Source: Dictyostelium discoideum
Taxonomy: Eukaryota
Length of the DNA: 64,000 nt
Direction: 5' to 3'
NCBI GenBank assembly: GCA_000004695.1
Contig: CM000152.2
Span: 1,920,001 to 1,984,000, forward strand
Shown: one piece after another, positions 44,529 to 55,812 of the stretch
Layout of the letters: every line of letters starts with the position of its first letter
How positions within the stretch are numbered: the first letter of the stretch is position 1
Notes under the pieces: model-generated
Told to the model about the DNA's origin: nothing
What the model saw: the letters and a program-made list of their open reading frames with translations, nothing else
Database searches by the model: none
Translations under genes and position numbers: made by a program

Positions 44529-45097
44529 CAAAATAAAAAAAAAAACTGCATATAAAGATTTAATCTATTTTGATTATTACTATTACTATTACTATTAATT
44601 ATAAGATTGATTTTGATACTATTATTATTATTATACTATTATTATAATGATTTGATATTGATATTTGTTAGAATAGTTATAACTTTTGAATATTTTTTTT
44701 TTTTTATTTGTTCTAAAATAATTTTATTCTGTTAATGTTTTTTCTTTTTTTTTTTTTTTTTTTTTTATAAATTCTTTAATTTTTTTTTTTTTTTTTAAAA
44801 AAAAATAATAAAATTATTACTATTATAATAATAATATTGTAATATTGTAAATTAAAAAAAAAAAAAAAAATAATAAAAAAAAAAAATGAAAATTTTAAAT
44901 TAAATTGAAAAAAAAAAAAAATAAAAAATAAAAAAAAAAAAAATAAAAATAAAAATAAAAAAATTAAAAAAATTGGGTTGGTCCAATGATTTTGAAACCA
45001 CCATCAAATTAATTTTATCAAGTGATTCATTGAATGAAAAATCATTTTCTTTACCAAAATAATAATTTTTAATAAAAAAAATAATAAAAATAAAAAT

Positions 45098-45129
<32 letters not shown>

Positions 45130-45449
45130 CCAAAATAAAAAAAAACAATATAAATATATATAAGATTCTATTTATATATATTTTACTATATTTAAATAAG
45201 ATCTTATTTAATATGTATACATACATAATACAATGAAAGTTTGATTGATAATTTGAATTTATCATGATTTTTTTTTTTTTTTTTTTTTTTTCTTAGAATG
45301 ATAATTCTTTTTTGAAATTTTAATTTTAGTTTTAATTTTAATTTTTTTTTTATGTTTATTTTTTTTTTTTTTTTTTTCGATTTTTTTTTTTTTTAACATA
45401 AAAACTAAATTTTTTTCTATTTTTTATTTTTATTTTTTCTCAAAACAAA

Positions 45450-48400
45450 ATGGATGGTAATAATAATAATAATATTAATAATTATTGTAATAATGAAAAA
45501 CTTTTTTTCAGAGTTTTTCATAATGTTTATATTAGAAATTTAATATTTCATCACCTAAGAACAATGGAGATTGAATTTAAAGAAAATAAAAATTATATTG
45601 GTAATAGAGTCCCATTCAAATTTATGTGTTTAGGAAAAATATCAAAAACAAATCAATGGCCATTATTAATATATAAATTAAATTCAATTAAAAATAATGA
45701 ATCACAACAAGAACAACAAGAACAAGAACAACAAGAACAACTAGAACAACAACAATCACAAGAAGAAGAAAATAAATTTGAAGAATTAATAATTTCAAAA
45801 AAGTGTTTTTATTCATTTATTAAAAATGTAAATGATGAAACAATAATTGAACTATTATTTGAAAAGAGATTAAATCAAATTTTAAAACAATATCAACTCT
45901 ATTCAAATAAATTCTTGGAAATGTTATTTAAAAACTATCTTCCAAATAATGATTGTACATTTATGAGATATTATTTAAATGATGGTATATTATATAATGG
46001 TAATGGTAATGGTAGTGGTAATGGTAGTGGTGGTGGTAGTAGTAGTACTAGCAATTATAAACAAGAGAAGGAATTAATAAAATCACAAATTCTTAATAGG
46101 AGAAAGGAAGCCTTACTTCGTTACTTTATTTTACATTCAAAGAGTATCAAAGATATCGAGTTTTTAGATAATTTATTAAAAGATCAACAATTTAAAGATT
46201 CATTTTTAGTAGAAATTCAAAAATTAGTTAAAGAAATAACATATAATCTTGAAAGAAATCCATTGAAATATGGAGGTTTAGGATTGGATTATATTATTGA
46301 AAATGATTATATCAATTCACAAAATATCAATGAAATAGACCTAAGATCATTATTAATTTATTTAATTAAATGGTCATCAGTACACATTAATAAAAATAAA
46401 ATCAGTCATTCAAGATCTTTAAAAAATTTAAAATCAATTTTAAATAAATTTGGTGAATCAAAAGGTATAAATGAGTCAGTATTAAAAACAACAATTTTAG
46501 AAAACTGTGTAACTTATAATAATCTTCAAGTTGCTAAAAGTTTAATTGAACAATCTTCAACAACAACAACACCATCAACAACAATAACTATTTCACCAAA
46601 TATTGATGATTTAGTATTTCTAATTAAGTTTAGTAAAAACTGTTCAGTGGATACCACTTCATTTTTAAGTTTATTCTTATCAAATAAAAGTCAATTAATT
46701 GATAAACCGATGGATGTATATGAAAGTTTATTTGAAATTTCAATTAATTCAATTGGAAAAAGAACTCTTTTACTTCAAATACTTTTAGATTCAAATATCT
46801 ATAGATGTAATGAACCAATAATTAAATTTCAATCATTTATTGACCACTTTAATGAAGATCAAAAAATTGAAATCGCAACTAAAAAATTAATTCAAATAAT
46901 TGATGAACAAACTATGAATAATCATATTAAAGAAATTTTAAACAATGGTGGTTATTATCAAGATCAATTATTCTCAAAAAGTTTTGAAATTTATTTAAAT
47001 TATCATTTCAATGAATCAAATTATATTGGTGTCAATACATTTAATGAAAAAGATTTCAATTATAATAATAATAATAATAATAATGATAATAATGAAATTA
47101 AATCTGAAGAAGATACAAATTTCATTAGACAATTATTTTTAATTAAAATGTTGGAAAGAGATGATTTTGAAACTATTAAATTAAAATTAACAAATGTTAA
47201 ACCAGGTTCAATAGTAGCATCAACAATAGTTAATTTAATATTTGATTTACTTAAAGTAAAGAAAAGTTTTACAAAAAATTTAAAACCAATCTTATCAAAT
47301 TACCAACAATTGAAATGGTTAATTGATTTTGATCTACATTCAAATAAAATCATAACATTATCAACAACATGTTTTGAATCAATAGATTGTCATTTATTTA
47401 CAATGGACGAAAAAATGGATTTAATTAATAGAATTTTGAAATTAAAGAAATCAACAACTATTACAACTTATAATTATGAAGTTTTACCAATACCAGATAC
47501 AAACACTACTACCACCACTGTCACCACCACTGCCACCACTGATATTGCAAATGATGAAACTTCAAATAAGATTACCACTGGTGATGATACTTCAGCAGCA
47601 ACAACCAATAAAACAACTGGTATTCCTTGTAAAACAAAGAATGAACCAATTCTTCCAATTTCAATTAAATCGGGAGCAGTTTTAGCATCTACAACTACTA
47701 AAGAAATTCAATTGATAAGTGGAGATTCAATAATTCCTATTTTATATCCATTTGAATTTAATGATTATGAAAATGATTGTATGCAATTCTTTAATAGATT
47801 TCAAAGTATTTCAACTAGTCCAAGTAATTTAGCATTGATTGTAAAGAGTTTTATTCATTTAAATGCAACACCAAATTGTGATATAAGTTACTTTCAACAA
47901 ATTAAAAATGAAATAATTAAAAACCCAAATTTAACATCTTGTTTTCATACAATGAGAGTTAATGGTAAATGTTTATGTTGTAATGAGCCTGGAAACATTA
48001 GATTTAAAAAAGTACTCAATCCAAATATTACAATTGACAAAATTAATTCATTCATTAAAGATTTAAAAGAAATAATACTTGAATTGATTTCTTTTGAAAT
48101 TTATGGTAACTTTAATCAATTAAATAATAATAGCAATAATGTTATTCCAGAGAAATATAAATTCACATTATTAGAAGCAATGTTTGTATTTATAAATGAT
48201 CAATCAATTTTAAAAACAGCCTTATTAGAAGATTCAACATCAATTCATTTAAATGCTTCAATTTTATCAAGTTATATTTCAAAATTAACTTGGGAAACTC
48301 ATTGGGATCTATTTGAACTTATCATTAAAAATCATAAAGAATTTAATTTAGATTTAAAGAAAATTAATCCATTTTCAATTTTAGAACAAACTATTAAATT

Positions 48401-49859
48401 AGATTCACCATTTAAAATCATTCAACTTTTAATTGATTTTATAAATGATTCAATTTATAATAATAATAATAATAATAACAATAATAATAATAATTTTGGT
48501 AATGATAATATTAATAATAATAATGGATTATTTAAACAACTTTCATATCAATCAGTTGATACTTTATTAAAAAAGAAACCAATTAACTCAATAAGAAATG
48601 CATTTAAATTATTATTATTAAATTATAAGTTATTCGATTGGAAAGATGAATTAATTTCACCATTATCATTCTCGACAATAATAAATGATCTAGAAAGTGG
48701 CAATGAAATTCAAGATGAAACTTTAAAAAGTTTATTTAGAAATTATAAAAAAAATTTATTTTCTCGAAACCCAAAAAAATCTAAATTTATGAATGATCTT
48801 GAAATGCAAGAATTAACTGAAGATTTAGGAAAAATGAAAATGGATCCATCTTTAATTGGAGGTATTGCTGATAAAAATATTCAAACCACTACCACCACCA
48901 ATAATAATAATAATAACAGTAATATTAATAATAATCACAATGATAACAGTGGTAATAATAATAATAATAATAATATAAAGATTGCAAGTTTATTTGATAA
49001 TAGTGCCAATAGTAGTACTAGCAGTACCATTTCAAAAAATAAATCTTCACCATTATCAAATAAGAAGAAAATTCCAACAAAAACTAATTCAAATTCTCAA
49101 AATTTTAATTTTAATTTTAATTCTTCACCAACAACAACAACATCAACAACAGCATCTTTCACTTTTTCTCCATTCTCTTCCAATTCTCCTATTTCCTCCC
49201 CTTTTTCTACTCCCTCATCTCCATTTGATTTCAATAAATCAACAACATCTGCAACTTCGACAGAAGCAACTTCATCTACATTTAATTTCAATTTATTACC
49301 AGCAACAACAACAACAATATCACCAAATAAAACAACAACAACAACAACATCGCCATTTAATTTCAATTTATTATCAACACCAGAAAAATCCAACTCTCCT
49401 TTTAAAAGTACTTTGACTTTTTCACCATCACCATCATCACCCTCGCTATTACTTTCAAATTCATCAGCTCCATTAATTTCATCCACAGTTCAACCACCAC
49501 CTCCAATATCATCACCATCATCAATTACTAACATAAATGAATCACCTTTAAAAATAACAAAAAATATTCCAAAAGAAAGATTTGATTTATTAATTAACAA
49601 TTTAATAACTAAAGGAAAATTATTTAAAGCAAGGGAATATATTTTAAAATACAGTGATCATAAGTTTGATTTAGTTAAAATTAGTTATGAACATGCAAAA
49701 AAAATAGTCAAATATTGTGAAAAAGACATTGTGGAAATCTTTAAGAAATATTTCAGTCTATCTAAATACCAAAAAACCATCTTGGTCGATATTACCAAAG
49801 AAAGAAGAAAGGATTTAATTCCTCTTTTTGTTGATTTCGCTCAAGAAAAAAAAAAATAG
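45450..49859 (+). CDS. Large hypothetical protein (1469 aa), single exon, with poly-N/Q/T/S low-complexity segments.
   Basis: A long uninterrupted ORF with coding-like composition. I recognise no conserved domain. The C-terminal third is S/T/P-rich. Confidence 0.5.
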   Translation: MDGNNNNNINNYCNNEKLFFRVFHNVYIRNLIFHHLRTMEIEFKENKNYIGNRVPFKFMCLGKISKTNQWPLLIYKLNSIKNNESQQEQQEQEQQEQLEQQQSQEEENKFEELIISKKCFYSFIKNVNDETIIELLFEKRLNQILKQYQLYSNKFLEMLFKNYLPNNDCTFMRYYLNDGILYNGNGNGSGNGSGGGSSSTSNYKQEKELIKSQILNRRKEALLRYFILHSKSIKDIEFLDNLLKDQQFKDSFLVEIQKLVKEITYNLERNPLKYGGLGLDYIIENDYINSQNINEIDLRSLLIYLIKWSSVHINKNKISHSRSLKNLKSILNKFGESKGINESVLKTTILENCVTYNNLQVAKSLIEQSSTTTTPSTTITISPNIDDLVFLIKFSKNCSVDTTSFLSLFLSNKSQLIDKPMDVYESLFEISINSIGKRTLLLQILLDSNIYRCNEPIIKFQSFIDHFNEDQKIEIATKKLIQIIDEQTMNNHIKEILNNGGYYQDQLFSKSFEIYLNYHFNESNYIGVNTFNEKDFNYNNNNNNNDNNEIKSEEDTNFIRQLFLIKMLERDDFETIKLKLTNVKPGSIVASTIVNLIFDLLKVKKSFTKNLKPILSNYQQLKWLIDFDLHSNKIITLSTTCFESIDCHLFTMDEKMDLINRILKLKKSTTITTYNYEVLPIPDTNTTTTTVTTTATTDIANDETSNKITTGDDTSAATTNKTTGIPCKTKNEPILPISIKSGAVLASTTTKEIQLISGDSIIPILYPFEFNDYENDCMQFFNRFQSISTSPSNLALIVKSFIHLNATPNCDISYFQQIKNEIIKNPNLTSCFHTMRVNGKCLCCNEPGNIRFKKVLNPNITIDKINSFIKDLKEIILELISFEIYGNFNQLNNNSNNVIPEKYKFTLLEAMFVFINDQSILKTALLEDSTSIHLNASILSSYISKLTWETHWDLFELIIKNHKEFNLDLKKINPFSILEQTIKLDSPFKIIQLLIDFINDSIYNNNNNNNNNNNNFGNDNINNNNGLFKQLSYQSVDTLLKKKPINSIRNAFKLLLLNYKLFDWKDELISPLSFSTIINDLESGNEIQDETLKSLFRNYKKNLFSRNPKKSKFMNDLEMQELTEDLGKMKMDPSLIGGIADKNIQTTTTTNNNNNNSNINNNHNDNSGNNNNNNNIKIASLFDNSANSSTSSTISKNKSSPLSNKKKIPTKTNSNSQNFNFNFNSSPTTTTSTTASFTFSPFSSNSPISSPFSTPSSPFDFNKSTTSATSTEATSSTFNFNLLPATTTTISPNKTTTTTTSPFNFNLLSTPEKSNSPFKSTLTFSPSPSSPSLLLSNSSAPLISSTVQPPPPISSPSSITNINESPLKITKNIPKERFDLLINNLITKGKLFKAREYILKYSDHKFDLVKISYEHAKKIVKYCEKDIVEIFKKYFSLSKYQKTILVDITKERRKDLIPLFVDFAQEKKK

Positions 49860-49950
49860 TAAAAAAATAAAAAAAAAAATAATAAATAAAAACACAATAA
49901 TAAAGATAAACAAATAAAGATAGAGATAAAATTAAAAATAAATATAAAAA

Positions 49951-49984
<34 letters not shown>

Positions 49985-50489
49985 AAATCAAATTGGTATG
50001 TTCAATTATTTTGGGGAATATTAAGAAAAGAATCAAATGATAAAGATTTTATTTTTTTCTTTTTTTTTTTTTTTTTTTTATTTTTTCTTTTTTTTTTTTT
50101 TTTAAAATGATTTCTTCATTGAGTTTAATAATACTATTGAAAATGCAAAAACGATGGATTGGAAAATTTAATGATTTTTAGTGTGTGTGATGATTTCAGC
50201 GCAAAAAAAAACAAAACCACCAATCACCAAAAAAGATTTTTAAAAAAAAAAAAACAATGTTTTTTTATTTTCACTTTTTTTTTTATTTTTATTTTATTTT
50301 ATTTTTATTTTTATTTTTTTTTTTTTTGTGATTTTTTTTTTTTTTTCAAACCATTCGTTTCAAATAAAAAGCACGCTCAAAAACAATCAATTTTTTTTTT
50401 TTTTTTTAGTTAATCATTCATATTTGTACTTTTATTAAAAAAAAATAATAAACAAATAATTACTAAAAAAAAAAAAAAACAATTAAAAA

Positions 50490-51995
50490 ATGATTGGAAC
50501 AATTGCAGTTTTAGTAATTGCTATTTTAGTAATTTTTGCTTTCAAAAAGGTATGACCATTTATTTTTTTTTTTTTTTTTTATTTTTTTTTTTTTTTATTT
50601 TAAAATGTCTTCCAAAAACTAATATTTTTAATATATTTTTAATTTTTTTTTTAGAGTCCAAGTAATATTCCACCAATTGTTGAAACCATTCCATTCATCG
50701 GATGTTTTTATCAATTTGCAAAGAATCCATTACAATTAGTTCGTAATAGTTATGATAGATTAGGTGAAATTTTCACACTCCATTTAATGGGATTCAAAAT
50801 GACATTTGTTCTTGGACCAGAGGCACAAGCATTATTTTTCCGTGGTACCGATGAAGAACTCTCACCAAAGGAAGCTTATAGATTTGTAACACCAGTATTT
50901 GGTAAAGGTGTTGTCTATGATAGTGAAACAGAGATTATGTATGAACAACTTCGTTTCGTAAAGAATGGTTTAGTTTTATCACAATTGAAGAAAGCAGTTG
51001 GTATCATTCAAGAAGAGACTGAAAAATATTTCGAAACTAAATGGGGTGATTCAGGTGAAATCGATCTTTTATATGAAATGAATAAACTTACCATTCTCAC
51101 TGCATCTCGTTGTCTTATGGGTAAATCAATCAATAAATCATTGGGTCAATCAGGTCAACTCGCTGACTTGTACCACGAATTGGAAGAAGGTCTCAATCCA
51201 ATTTCATTCTTTTTCCCAAATCTCCCATTACCATCATTCAAAAAGAGAGACGCTGCCCGTGCTAAAGTCGCCGCCATTTTCCACTCTATCATTCAAGAAC
51301 GTAGACGTTCAACTGACGATAGTGTCGATGATGTCCTCTACACCCTCATGAACTCCAAATACAAAGATGGTTCAGTCCTCGAAGATGAACAAATCGTTGG
51401 TCTCATGATTGGTTTATTATTCGCCGGTCAACATACCTCTTCAATCACCCTTACTTACACCATTTTCTACCTCCTCAACAATTTAGAATATTTCGATGAA
51501 ACTCAAAAGGATATCAATGATATCGTTCAAAAAGAGAATCAAGGCGAAATCAATTTCGATGGTCTCAAGAGAATGAATCGTTTGGAAACTGTAATTCGTG
51601 AAGTTCTTCGTCTTCATCCACCTTTAATTTTCCTCATGAGAAAAGTTATGACTCCAATGGAATACAAAGGTAAAACTATCCCAGCCGGTCACATCCTTGC
51701 TGTTTCACCACAAGTAGGTATGCGTTTACCAACTGTCTACAAGAACCCAGATAGTTTTGAACCAAAACGTTTCGATGTTGAAGATAAAACTCCATTCAGT
51801 TTCATTGCTTTCGGTGGTGGTAAACATGGTTGTCCAGGTGAAAATTTCGGTATCCTCCAAATTAAAACCATTTGGACTGTTCTCTCCACTAAATATAATT
51901 TAGAAGTTGGTCCAGTTCCACCAACTGATTTCACTTCTTTAGTTGCTGGTCCAAAAGGTCCATGTATGGTTAAATATTCAAAGAAACAAAAATAA
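50490..51995 (+). CDS. cyp51: Sterol 14-alpha demethylase, cytochrome P450 family 51 (CYP51). Exons 50490..50549 and 50655..51995.
   Basis: The membrane anchor [20 protein letters not shown] is followed by donor GTATGA at 50550-51 and acceptor ttttttAG at 50653-54. Exon 2 ([84 protein letters not shown]...[13 protein letters not shown]...[36 protein letters not shown]) is near-identical to CYP51A1 ([38 protein letters not shown]). Confidence 0.9.
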
Positions 51996-52183
51996 AATTT
52001 TTAAAAAACTTATAATTTAAATTATTAAAAAAAAAAAAAAAAAAAAAAATTATTTATTTTGATCATCTTTTTTTTTTTTTTTTTGATTGTGATCACCATT
52101 TTTTTTTTATTTTTTTTATTTTTTTATTTTTTTATTTTTTATTTTTTAATTGAAAATTGTGATCATACACATAATCAAAAGTT

Positions 52184-52559
52184 ATGTCATCAAAGAGAAA
52201 AAGTCAAATTACCAATACCAATGGTAATGGTAGTGATAGTAAAAAAAAAATTGAAACAGAATATATAACTAGAAATAAAAGAATAAATGATACATATAAA
52301 TCAACAATTTTTGTATTTTCATTATTTTTCATTAGTTCAATTTTATCAGCAATTTATAATAGAATTTTAGATTGTGATGAATATATGAATTATTGGGAAC
52401 CAACTCATTATTTATTATATAATAAAGGTTTACAAACATGGGAATACAGTCCAACTTATTCATTAAGATCATATGCATATTTATTACTTCATGCTTTTAT
52501 GGGAAGATTATTAAACCCTTTTTCAAATGGAAATAAAGTAAATAAAATCAATATATTTA

Positions 52560-52619
<60 letters not shown>

Positions 52620-54605
52620 TAAATCATATATATATATATTAATAATTATATTTTTAGATAATATTATTTTATTTAATTAAAATTGGAATTGGATTTTTTA
52701 CATCAATTGCTCAAACTATATTCTATAGAGGTGTTAAAAATATGTTTGGTAGAGAAATTTCAAGATATACTTTAATATTTATGTTATTTTCACCAGCTTT
52801 CTTTTTATCAGGTTCAAGTAAGTAAAGGTGGAAAAATAATAAAAATAAAAATAATAAATAATATTAATTTTTTTTTTATTTTTTTTTTTTATTAAAAGAC
52901 TTTTTACCAACAAGTTTTTCAATGACAACATTTATGGCAGCATATGGATTTTGGATGTTATATCAATCATCATCAACACCATTATCAGCATTATCACCAA
53001 ATGAATCATCTAATGAAGCTATTTATTCAGTATTTTTAAGTGCAACATCAGTATTCATGGGATGGCCATTTGTAATTGTATTGGTTATACCAATTGCATT
53101 GAATTTAATGATTAGAAATGGTTTTTTAAAAGTTTTCATGTGGGCATTGTTACCAGTTATTGCAGTTTTTATACCAATGATTTTAATTGATTATCAATAT
53201 TATGGAAAATGGGTAATTGCAATTTATAATATTATTGCCTATAATTTCACTTCAAATCATAGTGGTGGTTCTCAATTATATGGTATTGAAGATTGGCCAT
53301 TCTATTTCATAAATTCATTTGTTAATTATAATATTGTATTTTTATTTTCATTATTAACCATTCCAGTAAGTAAACAATTGTTTTTAAACACATACACACA
53401 CATATAAATTAATTAAATTATTAATAACTTTTTATTATTTTATAAAGTTATTAATAATTTTTAGAAAATGGAGTGGTAGTTTAAAAAATTTAACAATGGT
53501 TTCAATAATTTATACATTATGTCCATATTATATTTGGTTTGGATTTATGACATATTTACCACATAAAGAAGAAAGATTCCTTTTCGTAATTTATCCATTC
53601 ATTGCATTGGCAGGTTCAATCTCATTTTATATTGGTTTAAATATTTTAAATGCAATAATTTTAAAAATTAGTGGTGGTGGTGCTGGTGGTAGTGATATTA
53701 AAAATAAGAAAAAAAATGATGATTTTAAATTAAAAAGTAAACAACAACAACATTATAATGTTAATATTTATCATGGTTTTGTTAATTTCATTAAATATTT
53801 AATTATCATCTGTTTCATTTTATTATCAGTCTCTAGAATTTATTCAACTTATGTAAATTATACTGCTCCATTCAATACATTAACTCATTTAAATAATAAT
53901 GTATTATTAAATGGTAATATTTCAATTTCAAATTTTTCAAAAAATAATAATATTTTAAAATCAAATAATAATAATAATAATAATAAAAGTGGTAAGTTTA
54001 TAATTATTTTATTTTTTATTTTATTTTTTTATTTTTATTAATTACTAATTTAATTACTAATTTAATTTTTTTTAATATTTAGTAAATATTTGTATTGGTA
54101 AAGAATGGCATAGATATCCATCAAATTTCTTTTTACCAAATGATAATAATGAAATTGAATTTAATCTTAAATTTATAGAATCTGATTTTAAGGGTCATTT
54201 ACCAAAACCATTTTCAACATTACCAAATGGAACTGCAATTATTCCAACAAATATGAATGATCAAAACAAACAAGAATTTGATAGATATGTAAGCAAAAAA
54301 AAAAAAATTAAAATAACAATAACATAATAAAATAATTAACAATTCTTTTTTTTTTTATTTTTTTTTTTTTTATTTTTATTTTTTAGATTAAACCAAATGA
54401 ATGTAGTTATATTATCGATTTTGATTCACCAACACAAAATGAAGAACATTATGTTAATGATACTTCAAATTGGAAAGTAATTTATTCTACAAAGTTTTTA
54501 GATGCAGCAGCTTCGACTAGCTCGTTGTATCGTGCTTTTTGGATTCCAAAATTGTCAAACCAAAAAAATGTCTATAATAACTATTACATTTTAGAAAAAA
54601 TATAA
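52184..54605 (+). CDS. alg9: Alpha-1,2-mannosyltransferase ALG9 (GT22 family, dolichol-linked oligosaccharide biosynthesis). Exons 52184..52537, 52658..52817, 52899..53365, 53448..53991, 54083..54288, 54387..54605.
   Basis: ILDCDEYMNYWEPTHYLLYNKGLQTWEYSPTYSLRSYAYLLLHAF matches ALG9 ISDCDETFNYWEPTHYLIYGEGFQTWEYSPAYAIRSYAYLLLHAW. DFLPTSFSM matches AFLPSSFCM. YIWFGFMTYLPHKEERFLFVIYP matches YIWFIIFFIQPHKEERFLFPVYP. NICIGKEWHRYPSNFFLPND...FKGHLPKPF matches NVCVGKEWYRFPSSFLLPDN...FRGQLPKPF. The C-terminus SSLYRAFWIPKLS matches SKLLRAFYVPFLS. Intron 3 uses acceptor AAG 53446-47. The more canonical TTTTTAG at 53463-64 would give an in-frame TAG. Confidence 0.8.
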
Positions 54606-54663
54606 AATAAAATAATTTGAAGTAGAAAATAGAGAGAGGGAGAGAGAATAATTTGAACCAATT

Positions 54664-54700
<37 letters not shown>

Positions 54701-54709
54701 TGTATATGT

Positions 54710-54748
<39 letters not shown>

Positions 54749-54767
54749 TTTTTTTTTTTAATATTTT

Positions 54768-55241
54768 TTAATTATCTTCATCATCTTCATCTTCTTCAAA
54801 TTCTTCAAATTCTTCATCTCCCTCCATTGTAATTTCAATACCTTCACCACCATTGATAGTATTTATTTGTTTTTGTTCCTCTTCTAATTCTTTTTGTACA
54901 GATTCATCATTTGGATCTAATGTCATAACATACTCCATTTGAATTCTAATATTATTCTCGAAAATATTTGGTATCATTGCTCTTTCTTCTTTTGATAACA
55001 TTTTGTCGACACTAATAACAATTAATGGTATCACTGGATTATTATTACTACCCTTGGTAATTAATTCGTGGTGTTCCAATTCCCATTTATATTGAAATGT
55101 TAAATTTAATGACTCTATAAATGATTTAATTCTTATTTCCTCATCTGTCAAAATTTTTGGTGGTGGCGGAGCTGTTGTTGTGTTAATAATTAAAGAAGGT
55201 TGTTTTTGCTCCTCCGAGGTGGTCACTGGGATTTGTGACAT
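54768..55241 (-). CDS. Hypothetical small acidic protein (157 aa).
   Basis: A single ORF with coding-like composition, a PPPP motif near the N-terminus and an acidic DE tail. I recognise no domain. Confidence 0.4.
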   Translation of the reverse strand: MSQIPVTTSEEQKQPSLIINTTTAPPPPKILTDEEIRIKSFIESLNLTFQYKWELEHHELITKGSNNNPVIPLIVISVDKMLSKEERAMIPNIFENNIRIQMEYVMTLDPNDESVQKELEEEQKQINTINGGEGIEITMEGDEEFEEFEEDEDDEDN

Positions 55242-55812
55242 TTCGATTATTTTTTTAAAAAAAAAAAAAAAAATAAAAATTATTTAATTTTTTTTTTTTT
55301 TTATTTTTACCTGGATAATTGGTTTTTAAGTGGTAATTTTTTTTTTTAATTTTTTTTTAATTTTTTTTTTATTTTTGTTTTTTTTTTTTAATTTTTTTTT
55401 TTATTTTTTCCAATTTTCAATTGTTAGATTTGGCAAAGATTTCAATTTTTTTTAATTTAATTTTTTAAATTTTTTTTGTTTTTTTGTTTTTTGTTTTATT
55501 TTTTTTTTTTTTTATTTTTTTTATTATTTTTTTATTTTTTTTTTTCAACTCTTATTATTTTATAATTTATTATTATTATTAATATTATTATTATTATTAT
55601 TATTTTTTTTTTTTTATGATCGGAATTAAAATCAATTTAACAACAAAAATAAATAAATCAACACATATTAAATCAGTTTATAAAAAAATTAAAAGATAGA
55701 CACACGTTTTTTATTGTAAATTTCAAAATTTTATATAACTTTCCTCATCCATTCCTTTTTTAATAAAAAAAAAAAAAAAACAAAAAAAAAAAAAAACAAA
55801 TTAATTAATCTT

